The position numbers and the translations under genes were made by a program. Positions 50,923 through 63,190 of a stretch of 64,000 nt of DNA are shown here, piece by piece; position 1 is the stretch's first letter; the number at the start of each line of letters is the position of its first letter. Under the pieces are notes generated by a model. The model had not been told where the DNA came from. It did not search any database and saw nothing but the letters and a program-made list of their open reading frames with translations. Source of the stretch: Chiloscyllium plagiosum. Its lineage: Eukaryota. Location: positions 59,817,622 to 59,881,621 of the forward strand of contig NC_057718.1 in NCBI RefSeq assembly GCF_004010195.1, written 5' to 3'.

Positions 50923-52179
50923 TGTAGTAGACATTGACTTCTACGACTTACAGCAATTAGACTCACACTAGCTGGACGATGAGGGAGAAAAATCCCTTTC
51001 TGGAGTAAGACAAAGCTGACATTTGATGCAAAGCAGTGGATGAGCAGTTATTGAAGCACTGTAGCATGGAGAACTTACAATCTTAGCAATGTTAAGTGAA
51101 TGCTCCACTGCTGATCTCTGGTGAGAAGAAATAAAATAATTGTCTCTAAATCTGGCAGACATTGTAAATGTCTCCAGCCCCAATGTGGTAGAGGCCAGAT
51201 GCATAAATGTTCATTGCAGTCACCTTTACTTGCATTGACAATGTAGTCCTTGCCTGCTCTGGAATGAAGTTGTGGCACCAGCAGTTGGTAGATTTCAGTG
51301 AGTATTTAATCTGTTCTAATAGAGTGAGATACAAGAAACAAGGGGGAAATAATGAAGTATATTGAATGCAAAAGTTAAGTTGTTTTATATCTTGAAAAGA
51401 AATTTACTGTTTGCAGGATTGAGAATGAATGGTTTAAATTGTTCCCTTTGTGGATCAAGAGAGATTGAGTGCCATTGCATCAACTAGTACCATGTCATTA
51501 AAAGGGCACTTACTCTATTAATTATGAGCCCTAACTTTCTGACGCAATGTTATTGGGCAATTAATTTTCAAATCCAGCAAGCCCTATTAAGGAGGGTAAG
51601 GACGAGATGATGTTTGTGTGAGGCACAGAAGTGGTGTAAATCAACGAGTAATTTGTGGATATTTGCAACTCCTCTACTATCTCATCAATTTAGGATTGCT
51701 GACTAATTGACATGTTACAATCGTGAACATGTTAACAGTTATTTTTCCAGCATTGCAGGCACAATGTTAACGTTATGCAACCCAGAAGTGGACATGAGTC
51801 AGAATATGAGTCTTATTAGCACTGGCTATCCTTGATGTAATAAAGCAGCTTAAATCAACAATTATTTTAGCTTATGGTAAATAGGATTTCATTGAAAATT
51901 ACCAATCCTTAAATGAAATAGGATAAAAGGATGCTGAATGCTAAGCACCTCACTTGAAAAGTAATTGAATTTAATCAATTATTTAGCATGGAAAAATAGT
52001 TATATTGATTACTTTAAGTTAATTTGAATGACTCTAATTAAATTACCAATTACATGTTGCTGCTGTAATTGTCATGGTTACTTTTATCTTGTAATTGCTA
52101 CAAGCATCATATATACTACTTGTCTGTTAACCTCTGTGTAAATGAGTTTCTGTTTCACGCAAATTTAAAGAAGCAAAAT

Positions 52180-53300
52180 TTCAGCTACTGCATCATCGTG
52201 CCACATCCAGTCATGAATGATGGTGGACTATTAAACAATGAACTGGAGGAAGAGGCTCCACAAACATCCCTTTCCCCAATGATGGTGGAGCTTCCAACAT
52301 GTTGTATGATTTGTACATATCATCAGTCAAAAGTGCCGAGTAGATGGTCTAGTTTAATTTCCTACTGAGTTCTTTAGTGTCAAATATTGGAATCTTCCCA
52401 GGTCCTGTACAATGTGAGCTATGGCAAAAACAATGGACAATACCGGCTGAATTGTCACCCAAGATCGCCGTAGTCCCTAACCAAGCTTTTCCAGTCCAGA
52501 TATAATGCTGATATCTGCCTGACAATGTGAAAGGTTGTCAGGTGTGTACTGTCCACAAAAAAGAAGCAGAATAAAACCAATCTGGTAAATTACTGCTCCC
52601 TCTCAATTATCAGCAAAGGGATAAATTGCTGTCAAGTCACGTTTAGTCTGCAGTGGCCTGCTTACTGGTACTCAGTTTTGGTCCTCAGATCTGGACCATG
52701 TTACAGTCTTGGTTCAAACATTGCTACAAAAGCTGAATTCCAGCAACAAAGGGATAATGATTGCCCTTGATATCAAAGCAATGTTAAACTGGCTATGGCA
52801 TCAAGAAAAAATGGTAGAACTGAAGTCAGTGGAAATCAGGTGGCAATCTAACCAATGTTCAAAGTTGTTCCCATCACAATGGAAAATGTTTGTGGATGTT
52901 TGAGACCAATGAGCTTAGAGTCAGGACATTACTGTCAGGGTTTTCTCAGAGGTGTCCCAGGCTCAGTTATCTTCAGTTGCTTCATTATTGGTCTTGTCTT
53001 CATTATATGTTCAGAAGTGGGGATATTTGCACCTTTTCAGATAGTGAAGTCCATGCCTGTGTGGAGTAAGACCTGGATAACATTCAGGCTTGGAAAAGCA
53101 GCATTCACATCAATTAAGTGCCAGCAATAACTATATCTCACATGAAAGAGTGTGGTCATTTCTCTGTGATGTTCCACTGCATTGCTAGCATTGAATCCAA
53201 CACCATCAACATTCTGGTGCAGAGGTTGGGGTTGGGATTCACCAGAAATTTAGCTGGATCAACCTTACTATGGCTAGAAAAGAAGGCCAGAGGCTGTCAT
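52180..53300 (+). mobile_element. decayed CR1/L2-group LINE RT region
   Basis: Homologous to 32110-32550 and continues to MIALDIKAMLNWLWHQ and PGSVIFSCFI. Confidence 0.7.
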
Positions 53301-53394
53301 TTCTTTGAATATATTTTGACTCCTTGGTTCTAAATCCTTTTTAAAATTATGGACTTTCCCCTCTTTATCTTTGTAGTGTCATTGAATCCAACAA

Positions 53395-53700
53395 CCCCAT
53401 CACTTCTACCTTCTCTGAACTCTTCTTCTTACTCTGGCCTTTTGAGCATTTCCTTACCACTGTGACAGGCTGAACTTCATGAATCCTGATTCTATTCTGG
53501 AGTGTCCTTCTTAAAATACCGTCATGTATCTAGCATGCTCTCATTCTTTAAAACTTCCCTTAAAATGCATCGCTTTGACCAGGATTTTGGTAAAATCTTT
53601 TAAGCATTTGCCTCGCTTTCACTTTTATTTGATTATGTTCAACCAGTTTCTTTAATTTCTTTTCTCAATAATGCTGCTGTCTAAATGCATATTGTTATTG
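53395..53700 (+). mobile_element. L2-like 3' tail, old
   Basis: CTTTAAAACTTCCCTTAAAAT...CTTTGACCAGGATTTTGGT and terminal TAAATGCA..TTGTT.TTG. Confidence 0.45.
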
Positions 53701-53798
53701 CATACCACACTGTCTGCTTTTCCTCCCAAAATGGAGCACCTCACACCTAGGTGGTGGGTGTATGGAATGAGTTACATAGTAGGTTGTTAAGTACAGCT

Positions 53799-53921
53799 AG
53801 GAGAAAGTGAGGACTGCAGATGCTGGAGATCAGAGTCAGATCTGGAAAAGCTGGAAAAGCACAGCAGGTCATGCAGCATCTGAGGAGCAGGAGAAACAAT
53901 GTTTCAGGCATAAGTCCTTCA
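53799..53921 (-). mobile_element. PLE family A pLTR plus tail, with 12-bp TSD
   Basis: AGGAGAAAGTGAGGACTGCAGATGCTGGAGATCAG...TTTCAGGCATAAGTCCTTCA. TTAAGTACAGCT occurs at 53787-53798 and 53922-53933. Confidence 0.85.
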
Positions 53922-53976
53922 TTAAGTACAGCTCTCTAGCCTAGACCTCTCACTTCATATACTCAATCCAGACATT

Positions 53977-54158
53977 GAGGAATGCCCTGCCTGCCAATGT
54001 AGTTAACTTAGCAACATTAGGGGCATTTAAACAGTCCTTGGATAAGCATATGGATGCTGATGGGATAGTGTAGGGGGATGGGCTTAGATTAGTTCACAGG
54101 TCAGCGCAACATCGAGGGTCGAAGGGCCTGTTCTGCACTGTATTGTTCTATGTTCTAT
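53977..54158 (+). mobile_element. CR1 3' tail (same subfamily as 4956-5986)
   Basis: CATTTAAACAGTCCTTGGATAAGCATATGGA...CGAAGGGCCTGTTCTGCACTGTATTGTTCTATGTTCTAT. Confidence 0.9.
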
Positions 54159-54570
54159 ACTGATATTAGTATCATGTCATCAATTGTATTATCATGCTTT
54201 ATATGAATCTCATTGTTCCACATTTTCACAAAGCTCTATCTACTTGGTTTTCATTTTCTAGTAATTTACTTTCACTTGCTTATACATTCTTTATAATCCA
54301 TTTTGCCAGAGTGGCGAGGAGAGAAGATGAGGTGAAGTGAGGGCTACCGGGAAGGTAAAGGCTCAATTTATATTTGGGCAGTGGCTAAGCCCGAGACATT
54401 ACACGTGTAGTATCTCCCTCCCGCCCTGCTCCTCTAACCGGAAGAAAAAGACTCTGTAAGGTAAGGCTTTTATTTCTTTCTTATCATTCTTTTTCATGTA
54501 TTTAAGTGCATTGTTTGATTTTAGTTAGTTCATATAAAGCTAAGCTTACAATGGCCGGGACCTCAGACCC

Positions 54571-55498
54571 ATGGCATGTGCCTCTTGCTTAATGTGGGAG
54601 TTAGGAACGTGGCTGATGTTCCTGACTCTTACAGCTTGCAAGAAGTGTGTCCAGCTGCAGCTGTTGTTTGACTGCATGACGGCTCTGGAGCTGCGGATGG
54701 ACTCATTGTGGAACATCCGCGATACTGAGGAGGTCGTGGATAGCACGTTTAGTGAACTGGTAACATTGCAGGTTAGGATTGCTGAGGGAGACAGTGAATG
54801 GGTGACCAAAAGACAGAAAAAGAGTAGGAAGGCAGTGCAGGTGCCCCCTGCAGTCATCTCCTTCCAAAACAGGTATACCGTTTTGGATACTGTTGGGGGA
54901 GATGGTTCACCAGGAGAGGGCAGCAGTTGTCAAGATCATGGCACCGTGGCGGGCACTGCTGTTCAGAAGGGCGGGAAAAAGTCTCGTAGGACCATAGTCA
55001 TAAGAGATTCTATTGTGAGGGGAGTAGATAGGCGGTTCTGTGGCCGAAAACGGGACTCCCGGATGGAATGTTGCCTCCCAGGTGCTCGGGTCAGGGATGT
55101 CACCAATCGCCTGCAGAGCATTCCAAAAGGGGAGGGTGAACTGCCAGTTGTCTTGGTGCATATAGGCACCAACGATATAAGTAGAAAATGCGATGAGGTC
55201 CTGAAAGAAGAATTCAGGGAGCTAGGAGAGAAGTTAAAGAGGAGGACCTCAAAGGTAATGATCTCGGGATTACTTCCAGTGCCACATGCTAGCCAGCGTA
55301 GAAATGAAAAAAATAGGCAGGGTGAACACATGGCTTGAAGGATGTTGTAGGAGGGAGGGGTTCAGATTTGTTGGACATTGGGACCGGTTCTGGGGAAGAT
55401 GGGACTATTACAAAATGGATGGTCTACATCTGAACCAGACCAGAACCAATGTCCTTGGAGGAGTTTTTGCTACTGCTGTTGGGGAGGTTTTAAACTAA
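54571..55498 (+). pseudogene. CR1 ORF1: zinc finger/leucine zipper plus SGNH esterase-like domain, one frameshift
   Basis: CASC...CKKC followed by heptad leucines, then VI(R)DSIVR, CLPGARVRD, VHIGTND and DGLHLN. +1 frameshift in the A-run at ~55307-55313 joins ORFs 54571-55338 and 55286-55498. Confidence 0.9.
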
Positions 55499-57932
55499 TG
55501 TGGCAGGGGACTGGGAACCAGAAGAGAAAACAAGTAGGCAGCGAGGTGGAGACTGGAGACTGTAAGAATTATGAAGGGAAGAGTAGGCAGACAGCAGATA
55601 AGCGCAAAAGAACTGATGGCCTGAAATGCATCTACTTTAATGCCAGGAGTATAGTGTGTAAGGCAGATGAACTTAGGGCTTGGATTGGTGCCTAGGAGTG
55701 TGACGTTATTGCAATCACAGAGACTTGGTTGAAGGAAGGGCATGATGATTGGCAACTAAAGGTTCCAGAATATAGACACTTCAGACGGGACAGGGAGGGA
55801 AGTAAAAGTGGGGGTGGAGTTGCATTGCTGGTCAGGGATGATATCACGGCTGTGCTAAAGGAGGACACTATGGAGGTCGTGGCTAGTGAGGCATTATGGG
55901 TGGAGCTGAGAAATAAGAAGGGTGCAGTTACATTATTGGGGCTGTATTACAGGCCTCCCAACAGTGAGCTTGAGGTAGAAGAACAAATAGGTAAACAGAT
56001 TATGGAAAGATGTAGAGGCAATAGGGGAGTGGTGATGGGAGATTTTAATTTTCCTAACATTGACTGGGATATACTTAGTGTCAGAAGACTGGATGGGGTA
56101 GAATTTGTAAGAAGCATCCAGGAGAGTTTTCTAGACCAGTATGTCAATAGTCTGACAAGGGAAGGGGCCATATTGGACCTGATACTGGGGAACGAGCCAG
56201 GCCAGGTGGTAGAAGTTGCTGTGGGGGATTTCTTTGGGAACAGTGACCACAATTCTGTAAGTTTTAGTATATTTGTAGATAAAGATAAGAGTGGTCCTAA
56301 GGGAAGAGTACTAAACTGGGCCACAGCCAATTATATCAAAATTAGGCAGGAGCTGGGTAATGTGGATTGGACACAGCTATTTGAAGGGAAGTCCACATTT
56401 GATATGTGGGAGGCTTTCAAAGATAGGTTAAAGATAGTGCAGAATAAGCATGTCCCGTTGAAGGCAAAGGATAGAAAGGGCAAGATTTGTGAACTGTGGA
56501 TGACAGGAGAAATTATACGACTGGCCAAGAGGAAAAGGGAAACGTACATAAGGTCAAGGCAGCTAAGAACAGAACAGGCCCTGGAGGAATATTGGAAGAG
56601 TAGGACAAGTCTTAAATGAGGAATCAAGCGGGCTAAAAGGGGTCGTGAAATAGCTTTAGCGAGCAGAATTAAGGAGAATCCCAAAGCACTTTATTCTTAT
56701 ATAAGAAGCAAGCTGGTAACTAGGGAAAGGATTGGTCCACTAAAGGATAATGAAGGAAGGCTGTGTGTCAGACCTGAGAGAATGGGTGAGATTCTGAATA
56801 ATTACTTTGCATCAATGTTCACTGAGGAGAGGAACATGGTGAATCTTGAGATTAGAGATAGAAGTTTAATTAGTCTGGGTCACATTGGCATAAGTAGGGA
56901 AGATGTGTTGGGTAGGCTCGAGGTTATTAAGGTGGACAAATCCCCAGGACCAGATGGGATCTATCCCAAGTTACTGAGGGAAGCAAGAGAGCAAATAGCT
57001 GGGGCCTTGACAGATATCTTTGTGGCATCCTTAAATACAGGTGAGGTGCCAGAGGACTGGAAGGTTGCTCATGTTGTCCCCCTGTACAAGAAGGGTAGTA
57101 GGGATATTCCGGGTAACTACAGACCGATGAGCCTGACGTCGGTGGTGGGAAAGTTGCTGGAGAGGGTACTGAGTGATAGGATCTATTCATTTTTCGAAAA
57201 GGCATACAACAGAGATAGGCAACATGGTTTGGTGCGGGGGAGATTGTGCCGTACCAACTTAAAAGAGTTCTTTGAGGAAGTGACCAAGTTGATAGATGAA
57301 GGAAGGGCTGTTGATGTCATACATGGACTTTAGTAAGGTGTTTGATAAGGTTCCCCATAGTAGATTAATAGAGAAAGTGAAGTCACATGGTGTGCAGGGT
57401 GTTCTCGCTAGGTGGATAAAGAACTGGTTGAGCAACAGGAGACAGAGAGTAGTAGTTGAAGGGAGTTTCTCAAAATGGAGAAAAGTGACCAGTGGTGTTC
57501 CGTAGAGGTCAGTTTTGGGGCCACTGTTGTTTGTAATATACATAAATGATCTAGAAGAGGGCACTATTGATATGATCAGCAAGTTTGCAGATGACACGAA
57601 GATTAGTGGAATAGCAGAAAGCATAAGGGACTGTCAAAGAATACAGGAGGATATAGATAGACTGGAGAGTTGGGCGGAAAACCCAGACAAATGTGACGTG
57701 ATGCATTTAGGCAAGACTAATTCTAGAGCAAATTATACAATGAACGGAAAAGCCTTGGGGAAAGTTGATGGGCAGAGAGATCTGGGAGTACAGGTCCATT
57801 GTACCCTGAAGGTTGCTGCACAGGTGGATAGAATGGTTAAGAAGGCATATAGAATGCTTGCCTTCATTAGACGGGGATTGAGTATAAGAGCTGGCAAGTC
57901 ATGTTAAAATTGTACAGGACGTTGGTTTGGCT

Positions 57933-57964
<32 letters not shown>

Positions 57965-58406
57965 AACATTACTAAAAAGATGGGGACGCTTTGGAGAGGA
58001 TGCAGAGAAGGTTTACGAGGATGTTGCCTGATATGGAAGATGCTAGCTATGAATGGAGGTTGAGTAGGTTAGGTTTATTTCCATTAGAAAAAAGGAAAAC
58101 GAGGGGGTCCTGACTGAGGTTTACCAAATCATGAAGAGTATAGACAGGGTGGATAGAGACAAGCTTTTTCTCAGGGTGAAGGATTCCATAAAGAGAGGTC
58201 ATACTTTCAAGGTGAGAGGTGTCAAGTTTAAGGGGGATACATGCGGCAAGTACTTCACACAGAGGGTGGTGGGCGTTTGGAACGCGTTGCCAGCAGAGGT
58301 GGTAGAGGCAGGCACGGTAGATTCATTTAAGATGTGTCTGGACAGATGCATGAGTAGGTGGGGAACACAGGGATACAGATGCTTAGGAATTGGGCGACAG
58401 GTTTAG
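55498..58406 (+). pseudogene. CR1 ORF2: APE endonuclease plus reverse transcriptase, multiple stops and frameshifts
   Basis: YFNARSI, GGGVALL, YYRPP, MGDFNFP, ILDLILGN, SDHN, KSPGPDGI, NYRPMSL, YMDFSKVFDKVPH and SKFADDTK. Stops at 55693, 56617 and 57503. Confidence 0.95.
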
Positions 58407-58524
58407 ATAGTAGATTTGGATCGGCTCAGGCTTGGAGGGCCGATGGGCCTGTTCCTGAGTTGTAAATTTTCTTTGTTCTTTGTTCTTGTTTATTAACTCA
58501 ATAATTTACATTAATATTAGAATC

Positions 58525-59050
58525 ATCACCTGCCCTCCACCTCAAATCTGAATCTCACAGGTTGATAAATCTGGAACTGACAGGACATGTTCTCATCTGG
58601 TTAATTCAAGTTCAATGCTTGGAAGATGCTTTTGTACTGTGTCTGGAATATTTAGATCACTCCGTACACCATCTGATCTAGTCCAAGTATGATTGCTCAC
58701 ATCCTCTGACAGCCATACGCAGACTTGCATTGAATAGGGTCAATGCTTTTCTTTTCATCCTGAAATTCCCTTTAGGCCTTCTGACAATGGAAGATCTCGG
58801 CTGATCGGTTAGTCTGATAACTGAGGCTTCTGACTTCCTGTGCCTTAACCAAACTTTCTGCTTTAGCTTTAATGTTGACAGAGATTTCACTACTGTTCTT
58901 GCTTTTTGTTGGAGAATGCTTTCGCTAAATTGTTTAAACCTCACCATAGCTATGTTTGGCTTGAGGCTGTGCTTTAAAACTTTACATCTGTTTTTAACCC
59001 TGGTGGTTAGGACCTATTATTCAAGCTTAGACCATCTGTAGCTTGTAATA
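58525..59050 (-). mobile_element. Gypsy integrase C-terminal remnant
   Basis: ORF 58678-58947 LSTLKLKQKVWLR...ASVIRLTDQPRSSIVRRPKGNFRMKRKAL resembles the post-integrase 'GQKVWI...PRSYxV...RRNRRHL' region. Purine tract GAGGTGGAGGGCAGG on the minus strand near 58529-58543. Confidence 0.6.
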
Positions 59051-59612
59051 TAGAAGGGAATGTCAGATGAAAATATTGTCATTCAATCCCACCTCAAACA
59101 CAACCGCAGCAATAGCCCTCCCATTAATGACTGGCTCAATCTCATTCATGAGGATATTCCTCCTTCAGTTAGTTCCCACTCTTCTTTACAGAGGGATGTA
59201 CTTGTCATGGATGAAAAGCTGACAGTGAATGCAAACTGTGCAATGGAGGTGTCAGACCTCCAGCAGTGCAGTGAATGTGCAAGGTAAGAGATTCATTCAA
59301 GAGGGGAGGGGTGAATACTGATGTCAGTGGTAGGATGTAGCTTTTGAAGGTACACTGACAGATATTGGCAACTTATATGAGGATATTTGACCTCTTCTGC
59401 CATCCAGTCACTTGGAATGACATTTTTGGCACTGATCTCCACAGCCATGTTTCTCAGGTCAATGTCACTTTCTACAGGAACTACCGCAGCCATAATATAA
59501 CTCCACTTCTAAGTGGTGCAGTCTCATTTTAAGCAGTGCAGAAGAGACTTGGCTAGTTCTAAGCACTCCTGATTTGGCTCCCTGTAGAGTAATCCAGACT
59601 ACGAACATTTTT

Positions 59613-59812
59613 GAACAAAAAAATAAAGAATTGCAGATGCTGGAAATCTGAAACAAAAATAGAAACTGTTGGGAAAAAAAAAATTGGCAGGTCTGGTAGC
59701 ATCTGTGAAGAGAACGCAGAGTCCATGTTTCAGATCGACTGACCCTTCATCAGATGTTCCAGTCAGGTTCTGGACAGACCTGCTGAGTTTCTCCAATAAT
59801 TTCTGTATTTGT
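59613..59812 (-). mobile_element. PLE family B pLTR with inverted arm and hammerhead-like motif
   Basis: Minus strand CTGATGA-A-GGGTC-AGTC-GATCT-GAAA-CATG (59720-59755). 59775-59812 (CAGACCTGCTGAGTTTCTCC...TTTCTGTATTTG) is an inverted counterpart of 59654-59694. Confidence 0.75.
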
Positions 59813-60440
59813 TATAACAAATAACATTAGAGTTGTCTGAATATGGAAATAATTGAAATGAACAGACAGCATGAAGTGGGGCTGCTGGTTGCATGGGTTA
59901 AACCATCCCTGCACCTATAGATGTAATTGTTAACTTTATCTCTTGAGATCTCCCATCACATGCAGAGCCTTTGGCAGAATTCAATGTGGAGTTTATCACT
60001 AGGGGGAGCTGTGCCCTAGCTACTGTACCCAGAAGACAACTCTGATTGGCCGCAGAAGCCTCTCCTCAGCTGAAAGTGACAGCTGGGCTTTATTCTCGAT
60101 TTTGTGGGAGGACAGTTAGTAATTTAAAAGGAGCGGTTACTTTTCATGTGCGCTTTATTTATACACATTATACACAAAGGAATTGAAGATGTTGACTTAT
60201 CGGTCCAACTGTGTTGTAAACTGCCATAAATCACTTTTGAGGGGTTAGAGGGGCTTACTTTGAAAAGTTAATATGCTCTTTCTGCATCTGTCCTTGATTA
60301 ATTTTACCTTTCTTTTATAATTAAACCTCTAATTCCAGTTTGTGCAGTTCTAAGATGCAGAAGTGGCAAATTCTACATGTATGGCATCATACCTTATGCA
60401 AAATGTATTGAAAATAGAGAAACAAAAATGTGACAGAAAT

Positions 60441-60870
60441 GTTGTGGTTCTGTTCACCAAGCTGGGAATTTGTGTTGCAGTCGTTTCGTCCCCTGTCTCG
60501 GTGACATCCTCAGTGCTTGGGAGCCTCCTGTGAAGTGCTTCTGTGATCTTTCCTCCGGCATTTATAGTGGTTTGAATCTGCCGCTTCCGGTTGTCAGTTC
60601 CAGCTGTCTGCTGCAGTGGTCGGTATATTGGGTCCAGGTCGATGTGCTTATTGATTGAATATACCGACCACTGCAGCGGACAGCTGGAACTGACAACCGG
60701 AAGCGACAGATTCAAACCACTACAAATGCCGGAGGAAAGATCACAAAAGCGCTTCACAGGAGGCTCCCAAGCACCGAGGATGTCACCTAGACAGGGAACG
60801 AAACGTCTGCAACACAAATTCCCAGCTTGGTGAACAGAGCCACAACAACGAGCACCCGAGCTACAAATAT
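60441..60870. mobile_element. Penelope-like element (family C): inverted pLTRs with 3' tail and TSD
   Basis: ~190-bp inverted arms at ~60440-60629 and ~60658-60847, with a unique tail at 60848-60870. The left arm/spacer on the minus strand encodes SINKHIDLDPIYRPLQ (PLE ORF C-terminus). TSD TGTgACAGAAAT (60429-60440) / TGTaACAGAAAT (60871-60882). Confidence 0.9.
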
Positions 60871-63190
60871 TGTAACAGAAATTCAAATTTAAATTTCTAT
60901 TGTAATAACAATGTTTTATTACAATTTCTATTGAGAACAAAGAGGTGCTGCATTCTGACTGCTTTTATAACTACTACTTTACAACAATTATCTCTTGATT
61001 GGTATTTTGTATCTTATTGTCAATAATCTATGCCCAACAGACTTTTAATGATACTCAACAGTAAATTTGTGTTGGATTCAAAATAAATTATCATTTACAA
61101 ATGCTAGAATACCTAAATACCTTTGCAAAAGACAATAGGAAATTGCAAGATTTTACTTTACCAAGATTAGTTTTGATCTGATACTTATTTTTTAAAAAGT
61201 GTGATTTTAGCCAATTAAAGCTAATTAAATTAATATGCCTCCAACAAACTGCATAAACATGACCCAGACAGTTTAAATGTTTGCTGGTATTACTGATTGG
61301 CAAATGCTCAAGAAAGATAAAGAATTCAAACTTTTGTTTTTACTTCCTTGTAAATGGAGACAAACCAGATTTGATACAAATTGAGTTGAAAATTCATGTT
61401 TATGGGCATCCGTAACAGTCACAGTTAATTCAGTAGAAACAAGGGGAGTTGTCCAAACTGAATTGATTTTTTACATTGAAAGTGAATTTTAGAACAAAAA
61501 CTTTCACCTTGGTGTTGACTGAAGTTGTGAATAAGATTAATATCAAGATAAACCGAATGTTTATTGCATTCATTTGCACATTTTTGCTCTAGGTCAAACA
61601 TCTATCATGTATTAGGCAAGTAACTTGACGCCTCCCATAGCATGAATTGACTTGGGCAACTTTCAGCATAAATGTTGGGATCACATTTAATTTGGATTGT
61701 AATCATTTAAACTGAAAGTGCTAACAGGTTGAAAATATAAATGGGAATTCAGTGTTCTAAATAGTTTCTACAAAGTTCCCTGTTAGTTAGTTACAATTGA
61801 AATAATTGGCATTATCTAACCAACAAATCTGAGCTGAATGGAAATCTGATGTATAGCAGATTTCTTGATGTGTTATTCCAGTGCCCTAACTGAGAGTCAG
61901 GATTGAGACATGTTGGCAAACTATAAAAGCAAGTCTCTGGAACAATGAAAGGCTGCAGACATCTGATAAATGTATAGTGAAATGCCAATGGGAAATGTCA
62001 AACAAATCAGGTCACTACAAATCACATTACTTGAGAACTTCAATAAAATAAACTTAAATTATGCATTTTTATTTCAGATTATGTAGAGTGGGATCCATGT
62101 TAGTAATATCTTCCTATGACCTACATAGAAATAGAAACTGATTCATAGCCACAGAGAATCTTTAGGTATCCACATAATTATGATCCTATATTTTTTTGAC
62201 CTGTGAAAAGTAATGATGACTGGAATACAGATTTCAAAGTCATTTGAAATTAGCTTACCAAATGATTGCTAAAATTGGTATCAACCAACTGATATATTCT
62301 GAATAACATTACCCAACCCAGGTTCACTCAAGGACTTTTGAGTTCAGCTGTCAACAGATAAAAAAGTTCCTGGCTTGTGACACAGATTGGGATAAACAGT
62401 TATTTCTGAGTATGATTTATTATCCAACAGTATGATAATATGATCAACTGACAGGCTGTAAGATGTACTTCTTTCAATGGATAGTGAAACATACTGGTTA
62501 GTGTACTTGATAAATGGGAAACAAGTTCTATCATGGATAATATTGACAGTAACAATATAATGGCAACTGGGCTCAATTATTTAAAATTGGCTGGCTACCA
62601 GTGTTCTGTACAATTATTGCTGTCTGCAATTTTAACCTACACTTCTGAGTAAGTCACAAGCCTGTTTGTATGAAACTTTTATGGTTCCTCTTCAAATACA
62701 CTGATTGGATTCAATTACACAATTGGACTGACTACAGTTTGTACTGGTGTGCTATTCTGTAAATTTCGAGGCTGAGAGCTGTTGAATGGAATATGCAACA
62801 GCTTGATTCAGATCTGCAAAACAGAGGGATGCAGCGTGAAGGTTGACCTAGAGCTTGCATTCTTGCAGCTATGGGTTAAGAAAAACAAAGGCATGTTGCT
62901 AATAATAAGTGAAGTACATTTCTGTAAAACGATTAGTTGTTAAGTAATCTTGAAACAAGGCTCTCAGAAGCATTTAAAGAAATTAAAGTTGATTAAAGAA
63001 AATATGGAAAGAATTACAACTTCATAAATTATACTTTGCTCCCAAAAAACTAGAAAGTATTTTTTCCATAATGGATACAGATAAACCAATGTCTCCCAAT
63101 TTTTCTTTTAGGACTCATTTCAATAACGAAGTGGAATTGAATTCAAAAACAATACTGTAGATTATTTGACTTCTATTTGACACAGAAATA

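Larger units (their letters stand above)
54308..58489 (+). mobile_element. near full-length CR1 (HER1-like) LINE, ~4.2 kb, inactivated
   Basis: 5' UTR, ORF1, ORF2, 3' stem-loop region GAGGGCCGATGGGCCTGTTCCTG and (TTCTTTG)n tail. 5' boundary approximate and no clear TSD. Confidence 0.95.

Noticed and set aside
54546..57624. Several 80-130 aa minus-strand ORFs
   Set aside because: They are antisense shadows of CR1 ORF1 and ORF2.
60350..60940. 196-aa minus-strand ORF
   Set aside because: It runs through both arms of the PLE inverted repeat. Only the short SINKHIDLDPIY segment is real coding remnant, so it is not a host gene.
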